Shown: positions 48,410 to 58,736, counted from the stretch's first letter. The stretch is DNA of 64,000 nucleotides from Candidatus Zixiibacteriota bacterium (GCA_037441845.1 JBBIRK010000001.1:96001-160000), one strand, 5' to 3'. Numbers and translations are program-made. The notes: generated from the sequence alone by a model not told the origin.

Positions 48410-49000
48410 CTACTTCACCTCTGTTCTGTTCTCGATTGCCTTAGCCAAAGTGCTCTTATCCGAATATTCCAAAAAACCGCCCATGGGGATTCCACGGGCG
48501 ATTCTGGTGATCTTAAGCCCCGGTTGCTTAAGCTGGTCTATCACATAGGCAGCCGTCGCTTCGCCTTCGGTATTAGGATTGGTCGCTATTATAATTTCGC
48601 GAACCCCTTGGCTAAGGCGCTTTTTCAGCTGAGCCAGATTTATGTCTTCAGGCCCTACTCCGTCCAATGGAGAAAGAGCGCCGCCCAGTACATGATATGT
48701 GCCCGGATATCCGCCGGCGCTTTCTATTGCCAGCAGATCGGATACCTCCTCGACAACGCAAATAAGCGATCGATCACGTCGGGGGTCGCTGCAAATAGAA
48801 CATATATCCGCCTCGGTCAAATTGGCGCAGTTGCCGCAGGGGTGAAGATAGCGCCGGGCCTTCACGATAATTTCGGCGAATTCCTCCACTCGTTCCCGAG
48901 GTATTTTAAGCAGAAAAAAAGCGATTCGGGCGGCGCTTTTGCGACCGATTCCGGGAAGAAGAGTCAGGTTTTTAATGAGTTCCTCTAAAACCCCATCCAT
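48410..49000 (-). CDS. recR: Recombination mediator RecR
   Basis: LPGIGRKSA, C4 zinc finger, ICVVE, YHVLGG.LSPLDG, EGEATA. Confidence 0.97.
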   Translation of the reverse strand: MDGVLEELIKNLTLLPGIGRKSAARIAFFLLKIPRERVEEFAEIIVKARRYLHPCGNCANLTEADICSICSDPRRDRSLICVVEEVSDLLAIESAGGYPGTYHVLGGALSPLDGVGPEDINLAQLKKRLSQGVREIIIATNPNTEGEATAAYVIDQLKQPGLKITRIARGIPMGGFLEYSDKSTLAKAIENRTEVK

Positions 49001-49005
49001 ATCGG

Positions 49006-49326
49006 CTAAAGTTTCAGTCCAGGGATCGGGGGCAAGCCGGCGGTAAGCCCGGTCATGCATTCCTGCTGCAATTTTTCCGCATTCTCGCGCGCCTGATTGA
49101 CCGCCGCCAAAATCAACTCCTCGAGCATTTCCACCTCGTTCGGGTTTACCACCTCCGGGTCAATTTTTATCTCTATGATTTCCTGACGCCCGTTGGCAAT
49201 CACTCTCACCATTCCCCCGCCGGCGGAACCCTCAACGGTCTTCTGGGCCAGTTCTTCCTGCATCTTTTCGATTCCGGCCTGCATTTTCTGCATCTGCTTC
49301 ATTAAATCGCCCAGACCTTTTGCCAT
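49006..49326 (-). CDS. ybaB: YbaB/EbfC nucleoid-associated protein
   Basis: MKQMQKMQ, GSAGGGMV, EMLEELILAAVN; between dnaX and recR. Confidence 0.95.
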   Translation of the reverse strand: MAKGLGDLMKQMQKMQAGIEKMQEELAQKTVEGSAGGGMVRVIANGRQEIIEIKIDPEVVNPNEVEMLEELILAAVNQARENAEKLQQECMTGLTAGLPPIPGLKL

Positions 49327-49364
49327 AACCGCTCCTTTGATTATGTCGATCATTATTTCCTGAT

Positions 49365-51146
49365 TCATGCCAGATTTCCTTTGAATCCTATATCCTCTCC
49401 CTCGATCAGATCATGAAGCATCTTCAACAAGGGATTACGCTCCAAAAACTCTCTTGCGAATTGTTCTTTGCTTCCTCTCCAGCGCGGCGATGATCCGCCC
49501 GCTTTTGTTTCCGCTCTCGCACTCGGAAGCGGAACGGACTCGCTCCTGGGATCTCCATTCTCGACCCCATTATTTTCAGGGCTGATCGATGCCGCGGCTT
49601 TGACGTAATCTACACTGTAGTCTGCGCCGCAAAATTCTTTCAACCACTCGTGAAGGGAATTTCTTTTTTCCCGGTTCATGAATTTCAGATTGAATTCATG
49701 ATTATTGGAAAATGTCAGTCTTAATGAACTTTCGCCGCTTATGGCAGGGGTCGCCTCGATAATATTGCTCCATATCGCCCGGCTTTTCGATTTCAAATAC
49801 AAAAGAAACTCCGGCCACCAAGCGGCTAAATCGCCCAAAGCTCTTTTTTGCCGGTTCGGCGGATACTCTTCATTTTTTCGATCGTTTTCGATTTCTATCG
49901 GCCGGGAGCTTTTTTCCGGCGCCGGGGAAATCCGCGGATGGTCGGGCGAAACTTTTCCTGCCGAATTAAGCGAAACGTTTTTCGGCAAATTGGGTTCCGG
50001 TTGACCGCCGGATCGTGAATTATCGAAGCGGCCGAGCAGTTCGGTGATATCCACGGCACGATCCAGATTAGCCATCCGAACAAGAGCTATTTCCATCGCT
50101 ATCAAAGGGTCCAGACCGGATTTCCTATCAGCGTGATAATCGGACATGATTTGTGCAAGACCGAGGAGGTCCGCCGAATCGAGACGGGCGATCATGGAGG
50201 AGATTTTGTCCAGTTCGACACTGTCGAGGTCCAGCGCGGCGGCATCCTTTACTCCGTTTTTGATCATCAGGAGTTTGGCGCAGAAGTCGGTTAGCTCTTC
50301 GGCAAGCTCGTCGATATCGGAGCCTTCCCGGTAGTAACGGTCGAATACGGCCATCACCTGAGCCGTGTCGTGATTGAATATTTTTTCGAACAGGTCGATC
50401 AATAAATCGCTCTTGATCAGTCCCATGGCGTCGGTGATCAATTCGGCGGTTATGGTTCCCGAGCCGATATTTATCAACTGGTCGAGAAAAGATAGAGCAT
50501 CGCGGAGCGATCCGTCGGCTTTGCGGGCGGCTATCATAGCCGCCTTAGGTTCGATTTCGACCCCTTCGGATTTGGCCACCGCACTGATCGATTCGGCCAA
50601 AGCCGACACTGGAATCCTTCTGAAATCGAATCTTTGGGTGCGCGACAAAATGGTCGCCGGCAACGCCTGCGGTTCGGTGGTGGCAAAAATGAAAATGACG
50701 TGCGGCGGAGGTTCTTCGAGCGTCTTCAACAAAGCATCGAAAGCCTCTCCCGTCAAGCGGTGAACCTCATCGATAATGTATATTTTATAACGGGAGGCGG
50801 CCGGGCTGTAACGGACGTTTTCGCGGAGCTCCCGGACGTCGTCGATACCTCGATTGCTGGCTGCGTCAATTTCGAGGACGTCGGGGGATACGCCCAGCTT
50901 TATCTCAAGGCAATTCGGGCATTCTCCGCAGGGAGTCGGCGTGGGTCCTTTATGGCAATTAAGCGATTTTGCGAGCACCCGGGCGGTGCTTGTTTTGCCG
51001 GTGCCTCGCGGCCCGCAGAATAGATAAGCATGGGCGATCCGATTCGACGCGATCGCATTGCTCAACGTTCCGGTTATGTGCCGTTGGGCAAGGATGCTTT
51101 GGAAATCGCCCGGACGATATCTTCTGGCAAGAGAAAGATAGCTCAT
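49365..51146 (-). CDS. dnaX: DNA polymerase III subunit gamma/tau
   Basis: LARRYRP, GPRGTGKT, EIDAASN, IIDEVH, LLKTLEEPP, GSLRDA. Confidence 0.97.
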   Translation of the reverse strand: MSYLSLARRYRPGDFQSILAQRHITGTLSNAIASNRIAHAYLFCGPRGTGKTSTARVLAKSLNCHKGPTPTPCGECPNCLEIKLGVSPDVLEIDAASNRGIDDVRELRENVRYSPAASRYKIYIIDEVHRLTGEAFDALLKTLEEPPPHVIFIFATTEPQALPATILSRTQRFDFRRIPVSALAESISAVAKSEGVEIEPKAAMIAARKADGSLRDALSFLDQLINIGSGTITAELITDAMGLIKSDLLIDLFEKIFNHDTAQVMAVFDRYYREGSDIDELAEELTDFCAKLLMIKNGVKDAAALDLDSVELDKISSMIARLDSADLLGLAQIMSDYHADRKSGLDPLIAMEIALVRMANLDRAVDITELLGRFDNSRSGGQPEPNLPKNVSLNSAGKVSPDHPRISPAPEKSSRPIEIENDRKNEEYPPNRQKRALGDLAAWWPEFLLYLKSKSRAIWSNIIEATPAISGESSLRLTFSNNHEFNLKFMNREKRNSLHEWLKEFCGADYSVDYVKAAASISPENNGVENGDPRSESVPLPSARAETKAGGSSPRWRGSKEQFAREFLERNPLLKMLHDLIEGEDIGFKGNLA

Positions 51147-51190
51147 AAGACTCTTTTGCTGACCATGGCTCCCATGACGATATTGATTAA

Positions 51191-51465
51191 GGCGGCACGC
51201 ACCCACCTTCGGCCTCTGGGCCTGATTAAGGCATCCGCTGAAAGGCTCACGATCGGGTGATCTTGCATCACACGGCAGTTCCGCTTACCGCTGCTGCCTT
51301 CCGGCCCTGACGGGGTTCGGCGGCCGCCCGTTGAGCCAGGCCCGTCCGCTCATCGCCATCAAGTGGAGCCCGCCTGCGGCTTGCCGGCCTCGGTATGGGG
51401 ATTCGGCCCCGGTATAGCGGGTTCCGGGTTCAGGGCACCGCTAACTCCCCGCTTAGCGCACCGCC
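51191..51465 (-). ncRNA. ffs: Large bacterial SRP RNA with Alu domain (~275 nt)
   Basis: Helix 8 CCCCGTCAGGGCCGGAAGGCAGCAGCGG; Bacillus-like 5' Alu GCGCTAAGCGGGGAGTTAGCGGTGCCCTGAACC; paired termini GGCGGTGCGC/GCGTGCCGCC; upstream of dnaX. Confidence 0.93.
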
Positions 51466-51478
51466 AATCGATTCCTAA

Positions 51479-51551
51479 TGGAGCAGAGCGGGATCGAACC
51501 GCCGACCTGTACGTTGCGAACGTACCGCTCTCCCAACTGAGCTACTGCCCC
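51479..51551 (-). tRNA. tRNA-Ala(CGC), CCA not encoded
   Basis: GGGGCAGTAGCTCAGTTGGGAGAGCGGTACGTTCGCAACGTACAGGTCGGCGGTTCGATCCCGCTCTGCTCCA; G3:U70 pair. Confidence 0.96.
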
Positions 51552-51815
51552 TCATTTTTATACGATCGGGATATGTTCAAATATCCCGCTGAATAAAATA
51601 GTGAATATCCCGCCGCAGGCAAATCTTTTTCTTGAATTGAATAAAACTAAAGTTTCCGCCGGCGAACAGCAAATTGCCTGCCCCACTATATCCGGAAACT
51701 CCTCTCGACCTTATCGAATCCTCGTCGATATGCATCTCGGGGAATTTAATCTTTCGTCTTCCAATCCATCGCCGTCGATCAACACAGGCCTTTATGCCGG
51801 GATTCGCCTAATCGG

Positions 51816-53693
51816 CTATTGTAACCTTTTCGCGATCTCTTTAGCCAATGATGCGCCATCAAGGCGGCTGCCGAATTGACGTTTGATGCGCCCTGAAATG
51901 TAATTGATTTTTTCGGTGACGTCCGCAAATCGACCGTTGTCGATAGTCGCTATTAGCTTTTCGACCGCATCCTGGACTTTGCCATCGGTTATAGAAACAA
52001 TCGCATGTTTTTCGATCTCGGAACCGATCGATCCGACTTTGCCATCTTTAAGCGACCGCATTATTCCGTAAAGTCCTTCTTTTGTGATTTTCCGGTCGCG
52101 ATAGGCAATAAAAACCGCTTCGAGTTCGCCGTTCATTAATCGAATATGTTCATTTGCCTTGACACCGAGAATACTTAGCGCCGACCAGACGATATCCGGT
52201 TTGATTTTCAGAACGATCAAGCGATCGAATATCTCCGCCATCGGCGAAACCACCGCCTTCTCGGCGATACGTGCGGGTACTCCTGATTTGATCCATTTTT
52301 CCTCGACCTTATAGGCCGGATCGGACAATCCTCTTCTAAGTCGTTTCAGGAAATCCGAATCGATCTCGATCGGAGGACTGTCGGTATCCGGGTACATACG
52401 ATCGGGGCCGGGTAGAATCCGCTCGAAACCGGTGATTCCGCCCCGAAAGGCCTGCCTGGTTTCATTGGGCACACCTCGGGTCGCCTCGATTGCTCTAATC
52501 TTGATTTCGGATATTGCGGTCGCAACATCGGCCGCCGGTCCCCAGGTGATCACCATCGCGTCCGTATGTTTGCACATGCACTTTTCTCTAATCCGCCGCC
52601 AGAATTCGGGCGTAAACCCGGCCATGTCGGGAATATCGGAAACGGCGAGGTTCGGCATTTTATCGAGGCAAGCGATCACTTTCACTCTGCCGGAAAGCTC
52701 GTCTGCGAAAGTCATTCCCGGCTGTAAAGGCCAATTCAGTATCCCCGCGAAACCGTCGATTTTTATTCCCCGCACAGACCAGCCTCGGGCCAGCGCTTGC
52801 TCGATAACCGGAATCCTGAAAGGTCTGAGCTCGTCCTCGAGATCGAATTTTTCGCCGTGAATGGTCTTATCGGTGATTCCTCTTCCTCGGAGTGCATCCT
52901 TTATCGCCAGCAATTCGGCCTGCCGCGCTGCCTCGATTCCGGTCAGCTTCTCGACCATCCAGGTTTGCGGCACACCCTTGATCTCAACGCGGCTGCCGCC
53001 CGCTATGGAAACGTTGACATCTTGACGAACCGATCCGATCCCCCTTCTCACCAACCCCGAGGCCTTGAGTATGCGGCCGATAAGGGCGTTAACCTCCATG
53101 GCTTCGAGAGGGTTTCGCATATCAGGCGCGGTAATCACCTCCAAAAGCGGCATCGACAGCCGATCGGTTCTGAAAACTATGTCGTGCCCGATATCCGAGA
53201 TCTCGCGACAGGCGTCTTCCTCAAGACAGACATGGGTGATACTGATTTTGCGTTTTTTATAAGGCACCCAACCGTTGACGCCCACGATGGCCGTGCGTTG
53301 AAAGCCCGTCGGAATTGATCCGTCGAGGTATTGTTTTCGTGAAACGTGCAATTCATCGACGACCGCGCAATTCAACAACATCGCCAACTTTATGGCTATC
53401 TCCAGCGCCTCTCGATTCAACGGGAAAGGCGGCGTATCGTCCATCTCATAGGTGCAGCAATTATCGCGATATAGTTGATATATAACGTTTTTCTTGGTCT
53501 TGAACTCCATCAGAGCGGTGCCGTCGTATTCCCCCAGCTCCGACAATGTCGGCCGCATATGTCTTATGATTTCGGCCTCGGGCTTGTCGTTGCGATAGCC
53601 GGATGGGCAGCGGCAGAATAGCTTTTGACGTGTCAGCAGCTGTTGATGAATTTCCAGACCGCACCGGAATCCCAGCTTTTCGAAATCCTCCAA
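51816..53693 (-). CDS. gatE: Glu-tRNA(Gln) amidotransferase subunit E (archaeal type)
   Basis: GLEIHQQL..KLFC, RPTLSELGE.D, RKQYLDGS...GFQRT, LEEDA, RGIGSVRQDVNVSI, GAD insertion, VP.ETR, PG..RMYP.TD. Confidence 0.9.
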   Translation of the reverse strand: MEDFEKLGFRCGLEIHQQLLTRQKLFCRCPSGYRNDKPEAEIIRHMRPTLSELGEYDGTALMEFKTKKNVIYQLYRDNCCTYEMDDTPPFPLNREALEIAIKLAMLLNCAVVDELHVSRKQYLDGSIPTGFQRTAIVGVNGWVPYKKRKISITHVCLEEDACREISDIGHDIVFRTDRLSMPLLEVITAPDMRNPLEAMEVNALIGRILKASGLVRRGIGSVRQDVNVSIAGGSRVEIKGVPQTWMVEKLTGIEAARQAELLAIKDALRGRGITDKTIHGEKFDLEDELRPFRIPVIEQALARGWSVRGIKIDGFAGILNWPLQPGMTFADELSGRVKVIACLDKMPNLAVSDIPDMAGFTPEFWRRIREKCMCKHTDAMVITWGPAADVATAISEIKIRAIEATRGVPNETRQAFRGGITGFERILPGPDRMYPDTDSPPIEIDSDFLKRLRRGLSDPAYKVEEKWIKSGVPARIAEKAVVSPMAEIFDRLIVLKIKPDIVWSALSILGVKANEHIRLMNGELEAVFIAYRDRKITKEGLYGIMRSLKDGKVGSIGSEIEKHAIVSITDGKVQDAVEKLIATIDNGRFADVTEKINYISGRIKRQFGSRLDGASLAKEIAKRLQ

Positions 53694-53745
53694 ATCCCTC
53701 TCGAAAGCTCACCTCCGCCAGTCACGTAATTTCGCCATATCGGAT

Positions 53746-53773
53746 AAAATATCTATTTTATATGTATTGTCAA
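53746..53773 (-). promoter_or_regulatory. Putative sigma70 promoter of gatE
   Basis: TTGACA-N16-TATTTT on the minus strand. Confidence 0.4.
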
Positions 53774-53932
53774 AAGGAAAGGGATACTGCGGGCGGATAT
53801 CGACAATTACGAACCGCCGAGACGAATGAAGTCGCCATTGACTATATTCGATTCGAGAAACCGACGGGTATTCCATTCCGACCGCGGAATAAAATCGTTT
53901 TGCTTCTTAACGTTCAAGCTTTATCTTTTGCC

Positions 53933-54826
53933 ATGCCCGCAAAAAAGCAAAGCAAAGAAATCGGGAAAGACCTCCTTATAGGAGCGCACATGTCGATCGC
54001 CGGCGGCACCTTCAATGCTTTCACCGAGGGTGAAAGGAAGGGCTGCCGCACGATTCAGATTTTCGTGAAAGCCTCCAATCAATGGCAGGCGAAGCCGCTG
54101 ACCGATGCCGAAATACGGAAATTCCATGAAGAGCAGAAAAGAACCGGCATCGAACCGGTGATAGCGCACGATTCATACCTGATAAATCTGGCCTCGCCGG
54201 ACAAGAACCTGCTCGACAAGTCAAGGAAAGCATTCTTGGTCGAAATGGAAAGATGCCGCGATCTCGGGATATATCACTTGGTGACCCATCCGGGCAGTCA
54301 CATGCAATCGGGCGAAAGCGAGGGAATACGGCGAGTCGGGGAGTCGCTCGGATGGCTTTTCGAGCGCACGGATGGTTTCGATGTGTTCATAACTCTCGAA
54401 ATAACCGCCGGTCAGGGAACCAACCTCGGCCACAAGTTCGATCAACTGGCCAAAATGATCGAGCTCTCGGGCGCCCCCGAGAGATGCCGGGTTTGTTTCG
54501 ATACCGCGCACGCTTTCGCGGCCGGATACGATATAGCCTCCCCCGAGGGGTATCGGCAAACCTGGGCTGAATTCGAACGTATAATCGGACTGGATATGCT
54601 GGCGGCGATACATTTGAACGATTCGAAAAAGGGTCTGGGAAGCCGGGTCGATCGTCATGATCATATAGGTAAAGGGGCGTTGGGGCTCGGGGCGTTTCGG
54701 ATGATAATGAATGATTCGAAGCTGGTTGATATCCCCAAGATACTGGAGACCCCGAAAGGCGACGAAGACGAAATGGACGAGGTCAATCTGGCGCTATTGC
54801 GGAAACTGGCAAGCGACAGGGGTTGA
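53933..54826 (+). CDS. nfo: Endonuclease IV
   Basis: GAHMSIAGG, HDSYLINL, HPG, E.TAGQG, CFDTAH, HLNDS, DRHD.IG.G, ILETP. Confidence 0.96.
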   Translation: MPAKKQSKEIGKDLLIGAHMSIAGGTFNAFTEGERKGCRTIQIFVKASNQWQAKPLTDAEIRKFHEEQKRTGIEPVIAHDSYLINLASPDKNLLDKSRKAFLVEMERCRDLGIYHLVTHPGSHMQSGESEGIRRVGESLGWLFERTDGFDVFITLEITAGQGTNLGHKFDQLAKMIELSGAPERCRVCFDTAHAFAAGYDIASPEGYRQTWAEFERIIGLDMLAAIHLNDSKKGLGSRVDRHDHIGKGALGLGAFRMIMNDSKLVDIPKILETPKGDEDEMDEVNLALLRKLASDRG

Positions 54827-54867
54827 AAGAAATCGTTTTTGTGGGGAGCTGCGGAAAGCAGGAAGTT

Positions 54868-56694
54868 ATGTTTTTCAAGAGGTCGATTATTTCGGCGGTG
54901 ATATTCACGGCCGCAATCAACATCAATTCCGCAGCCGATACCTACCTCGAAACCGTTTGCGCCAGAATACTTGCCGAAGGAAAGATCGACACTTTAAGCT
55001 CGGCCACCAATTATGTAAGATTCGGCGAGCGGGTGCCGATTTTTTTGCCCCCTTACACTATATATTGCGCCATTTTTCCATTCCGCGATTCCACTTATAG
55101 CGTGAGCCTCGATTTCCATGAGTTGGGGCCGGGGTTCAGATTGAAGCAAACCCGGATTAAGCCGAGCATCGCCCAGGAATTTGTAGTCGACAGTCTGGAA
55201 TCGAAATCGAATCGTTATCGCTATATTTTCCGACTACGCAACGATTCCCTGGCCGATTTCGCGCCGCTGCCAGAAGACAGTCTTTCGCCGCGGCCGTCGG
55301 TTCATTACGAGACGATGTTGGTCCCTGGCAGTTACGCCGATTATAAATGGCCCTCCCGGTCGGCATTGCTCGAGAGTTATTTCGACAAATTTCGCAAAGA
55401 GCTCTCTATAACCAGAGCCGGCAAGATCAACCTTAAAGTATATTCGAGCGCCGTGGAAAACGCCGCTCTGGATCATAAAAGCGGCATCGGATTCGATATT
55501 CCCGGGGGCAATTTATTCGTTGTGATGAACAAGCAATTTGACGCCGCTATGCCCGCCGAATTGCAGCGGTTCGTGATATACGAAACTTGGGGGGCCGGTT
55601 CAAGAGGATTGGCAGTCGGTATGGCCAGATATTTTCTTGACGATTCATTTCGTTCGAAAGACATAATTTCCCGAATGTCAAAGAATGAATTACTGGCTGC
55701 GCTTAAGGATGAAACCATCGCGACATCCGAAACCACAGATATGATTTGCGGCGCCTTTTGCAGATTCATAATCGACCGCCATGGGATTGGAGTGTTCAGG
55801 GAATTTTACGACAAATCGGCGCCGGGGCAATTGCCGATAGAGAAACAATTCGGCAAGAAGGAATCCGAATTCATATCGGAATTCATCGAATATGCACGAA
55901 ACTATAATATCCCTTTGAATACCGCGATCACCGCGGCCGATATGTATCGGGGATTGATGAGATTCGACTTGGCGGAACCGCTCGAAAGATATCTGGCCGA
56001 TGCCTACCCGGACAAGCGAGGGTTTTATTTCCGCCGTCTTGCCCAAACGCTTTTTTCGCAAGGGAAATACCAGGAATCGATTACGGTTTATGAACAGCTC
56101 GTGAGCCTGCCGGAAAACAGGACCTGGAATGCTTTGGCGGAATTAACGAAACTCAGGTCAGGCAAATTCGGCGCCGCTCTGCCAACTTTGATAAAACTTG
56201 CCGACCGTGACCAGTTGGCCAGAAAAGCGCTCGCCGAGTACTACCTTGATTTCGGAAAACCTGATAGCGCGGAGGTTTACCTTGCGCCGATAGAATCGGT
56301 CCATGATACTTGGACGGCCATCCTAAAAGCAAGATCGGCTGAACATAAAGGGAAAACCAACCTTGCCGACTCATTGTCGGAAATCGGGTTAAGATTGGCC
56401 GAAAAAATTATCAGCAAGATACCGGGCGAAGCCAGAGGATATATCGATGCCGGTTACTGTAGGTTGATAAAGGGCGACTATCACTGGGCGAAAGCCGATT
56501 TTGAGGCCGCACTTTTCGTCGACGATCGCCCCTACTATACAGCAACGGCACTATTGGGTCTGGGTCGGCTTCATGAGCGTATCGGGGAAAAAACCAAGGC
56601 CATGGAATATTATAAGCAGGCGGCGGAATCCAACGGCGGAGGTTATAATCTAAGCCTCGCCGAATTGCTATTGGGAAATCTGGCCGATAAATGA
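54868..56694 (+). CDS. Exported TPR protein with a degenerate peptidase MA-like domain
   Basis: Signal peptide; GMARYF and GAFCRFIIDRHG...FREFY segments; C-terminal TPRs. Confidence 0.6.
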   Translation: MFFKRSIISAVIFTAAININSAADTYLETVCARILAEGKIDTLSSATNYVRFGERVPIFLPPYTIYCAIFPFRDSTYSVSLDFHELGPGFRLKQTRIKPSIAQEFVVDSLESKSNRYRYIFRLRNDSLADFAPLPEDSLSPRPSVHYETMLVPGSYADYKWPSRSALLESYFDKFRKELSITRAGKINLKVYSSAVENAALDHKSGIGFDIPGGNLFVVMNKQFDAAMPAELQRFVIYETWGAGSRGLAVGMARYFLDDSFRSKDIISRMSKNELLAALKDETIATSETTDMICGAFCRFIIDRHGIGVFREFYDKSAPGQLPIEKQFGKKESEFISEFIEYARNYNIPLNTAITAADMYRGLMRFDLAEPLERYLADAYPDKRGFYFRRLAQTLFSQGKYQESITVYEQLVSLPENRTWNALAELTKLRSGKFGAALPTLIKLADRDQLARKALAEYYLDFGKPDSAEVYLAPIESVHDTWTAILKARSAEHKGKTNLADSLSEIGLRLAEKIISKIPGEARGYIDAGYCRLIKGDYHWAKADFEAALFVDDRPYYTATALLGLGRLHERIGEKTKAMEYYKQAAESNGGGYNLSLAELLLGNLADK

Positions 56695-58736
56695 CATTCC
56701 TGAATTCCATTTTTTTGGCTGCTCTCGCTGCGGTCGTTATTCCGCTTCTGATTCACTTTTTATCCCGCAGAAGAATCAAGGTGGTCGATTTTTCATCGCT
56801 GCGTTTCTTGCTGCAAATGCAAAAGTCCCGCCTGCGTTGGCTGAAAATTCGTGACATTATCCTACTACTGCTTCGAATCGCCATTCTCGCCATGCTGGTT
56901 CTTGCATTCGCGAGACCGACGATCACCGGACGAAGAGTACAGAGCAACGCTCCGGTTTCGACGGCATTCCTAATTGACAACTCGCTTTCAACTGAGGCCG
57001 CTTCGAGTGCCGGCATCGTGTATGACGATCTAAAGCGGTCTGCCCTCGCAATTTTGGATATGGCAAAGCCGGGCGATGAGATTTTCATAATCACTTTGGC
57101 CGGCCGGCCCACCTTGCTCGGCCGTTTCGGAGATTCGGCCAGGGCCCGCACCGCCCTGCTGTCATCGACTCCGCAGGCAGGTTCACCGGACGTAGCCGGA
57201 GGATTGGCGTTGGCGACGGAACTTCTTGAGACAAGCCATAACCTCAATCGGGATATATTCTTGATTTCCGACCTTCAAGATGGGCCCCACTGGGGAAGCT
57301 TGAAAAATATGGGTGGTGATCGCCGCACCCAATTGTTTATAATCGATCCCGAGCCAAGGAATAATCTGAATTTCGCCATCGGCTCGATCGAATTCCCTCC
57401 CCAACTATTAGCGCCGGGTGAGGATTTTCAGATCAAGGCTTTTATCAGAAATCATTCCCGGACGGAATCGGCAGATAGACTCGTAGAACTGCATATCGAT
57501 AATTCCAAGAAGGCGCAAACCATCGTTTCGCTGAAACCGCAAGAAGCTCGCGCGGTTGAATTCGTTACCAGAATCGATCAGTCGGGGCGTCATCTGGGAT
57601 ATATGGAAATTGAAGACGACGATTACCCCCCAGATAACCGAGCCTATTTCAGTATCGAAATCCCGAAAAAAATCAGGGTGTTGGGATTAAGCGAAAACCA
57701 CGAGGGGGCTCGAATTCTGAATAATTGCCTGGCTAAAAGCAAGATCGGCTTCATAGAATATACCGAGATTCATCCCCAAGCGATCGGACGTATCGAATTA
57801 TCGGGTTATGATGTCATTATAGTCAATGATATTCCGACGCCCGAACCGATATCAGGAGGGCTGTTAAAGGATTTTTTGGGAAAAGGCGGCGGCATTTTGC
57901 TTATTTTCGGAAATCGATCTATACCGGAATCCTGGCGGGATTTCCTGCTTGAGATATCAGACATTACGATCGATTCCGGCAAGCCGGCTATAGCAGGCTA
58001 CGGAGAGTCTTATTTTGAACCGGCTGAATTCGATTATTCGCATCCTATTCTAAATATATACAGCCCGCAAAATGAAGAAGCTCCGGCTATCCCTCCGCTG
58101 AAACTATGGACAATCCGTCCAATCGCAGGAGGCAAGAACCTAATCACTTTGGCCGATCGACGATCGGTGATGGCCGAATCGGAGAAGGCCAAAATCATTA
58201 TCCTCGGAACGGGGTTGGATTTGAAAAGCTCCGATTTAGCCATCCATTCATTTATCGTTCCCCTGCTTATACGCACCGTCGAGTATCTGGCGACATCGAA
58301 AACATGGCGTGAGGAATACCTGACCTCGGGGAAAAGTTCGACCCTCGTCTTGGGCGATACGAAATCATCCGCGGCGGTAACCCTATCAGGCCCCGGAACC
58401 GCGGAAAGCATAGAATTGAAACGCGGCCTATACGGAAGCTTCATAAATCTATCGCCGAACAAGACACCCGGATTTTATTCGGTTATCGATGGTTCCGACA
58501 CTTTGGCGGTTTTCGCGATAAATCACGACAGCCTCGAATCGATTGACCGACGCGTCGAATTGGATCAGCTGAAGAAATCGCTGGGAGACATTACCGTGAT
58601 CGGGACCGGTCGAAACGTCGCGGAAAAAGTGAGGCAAGCCAAGTTCGGATTCGAACTTTGGAAATACTGCTTGGCTATTGCATTGCTGTTATTAATTCTC
58701 GAATCACTTTTAACCATCGAACTTAAAGCAAAATAG
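56691..58736 (+). CDS. BatA N-terminal double-TM / VWA / Ig-like membrane protein
   Basis: MTFLN...IPLLIHFL..R....FSSLRFL, FARP, IDNSLS, ISDLQ, DDYPPDN, C-terminal ELW+TM. Confidence 0.85.
   Translation: MTFLNSIFLAALAAVVIPLLIHFLSRRRIKVVDFSSLRFLLQMQKSRLRWLKIRDIILLLLRIAILAMLVLAFARPTITGRRVQSNAPVSTAFLIDNSLSTEAASSAGIVYDDLKRSALAILDMAKPGDEIFIITLAGRPTLLGRFGDSARARTALLSSTPQAGSPDVAGGLALATELLETSHNLNRDIFLISDLQDGPHWGSLKNMGGDRRTQLFIIDPEPRNNLNFAIGSIEFPPQLLAPGEDFQIKAFIRNHSRTESADRLVELHIDNSKKAQTIVSLKPQEARAVEFVTRIDQSGRHLGYMEIEDDDYPPDNRAYFSIEIPKKIRVLGLSENHEGARILNNCLAKSKIGFIEYTEIHPQAIGRIELSGYDVIIVNDIPTPEPISGGLLKDFLGKGGGILLIFGNRSIPESWRDFLLEISDITIDSGKPAIAGYGESYFEPAEFDYSHPILNIYSPQNEEAPAIPPLKLWTIRPIAGGKNLITLADRRSVMAESEKAKIIILGTGLDLKSSDLAIHSFIVPLLIRTVEYLATSKTWREEYLTSGKSSTLVLGDTKSSAAVTLSGPGTAESIELKRGLYGSFINLSPNKTPGFYSVIDGSDTLAVFAINHDSLESIDRRVELDQLKKSLGDITVIGTGRNVAEKVRQAKFGFELWKYCLAIALLLLILESLLTIELKAK

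Noticed and set aside
49660..49915. Three AAAAAAG runs in dnaX as an E. coli-type -1 frameshift (gamma subunit) signal
   Set aside because: All are phased xAA-AAA-AGx, not A-AAA-AAG, so they do not fit the tandem slippage pattern
51479..51551. tRNA as an integration site for an island
   Set aside because: No integrase or duplicated tRNA 3' end was seen; the flanks are core genes
53603..53932. 110-aa N-terminal extension of nfo in the ORF track
   Set aside because: It overlaps the gatE start and the divergent promoter region; homology begins after ATG 53933
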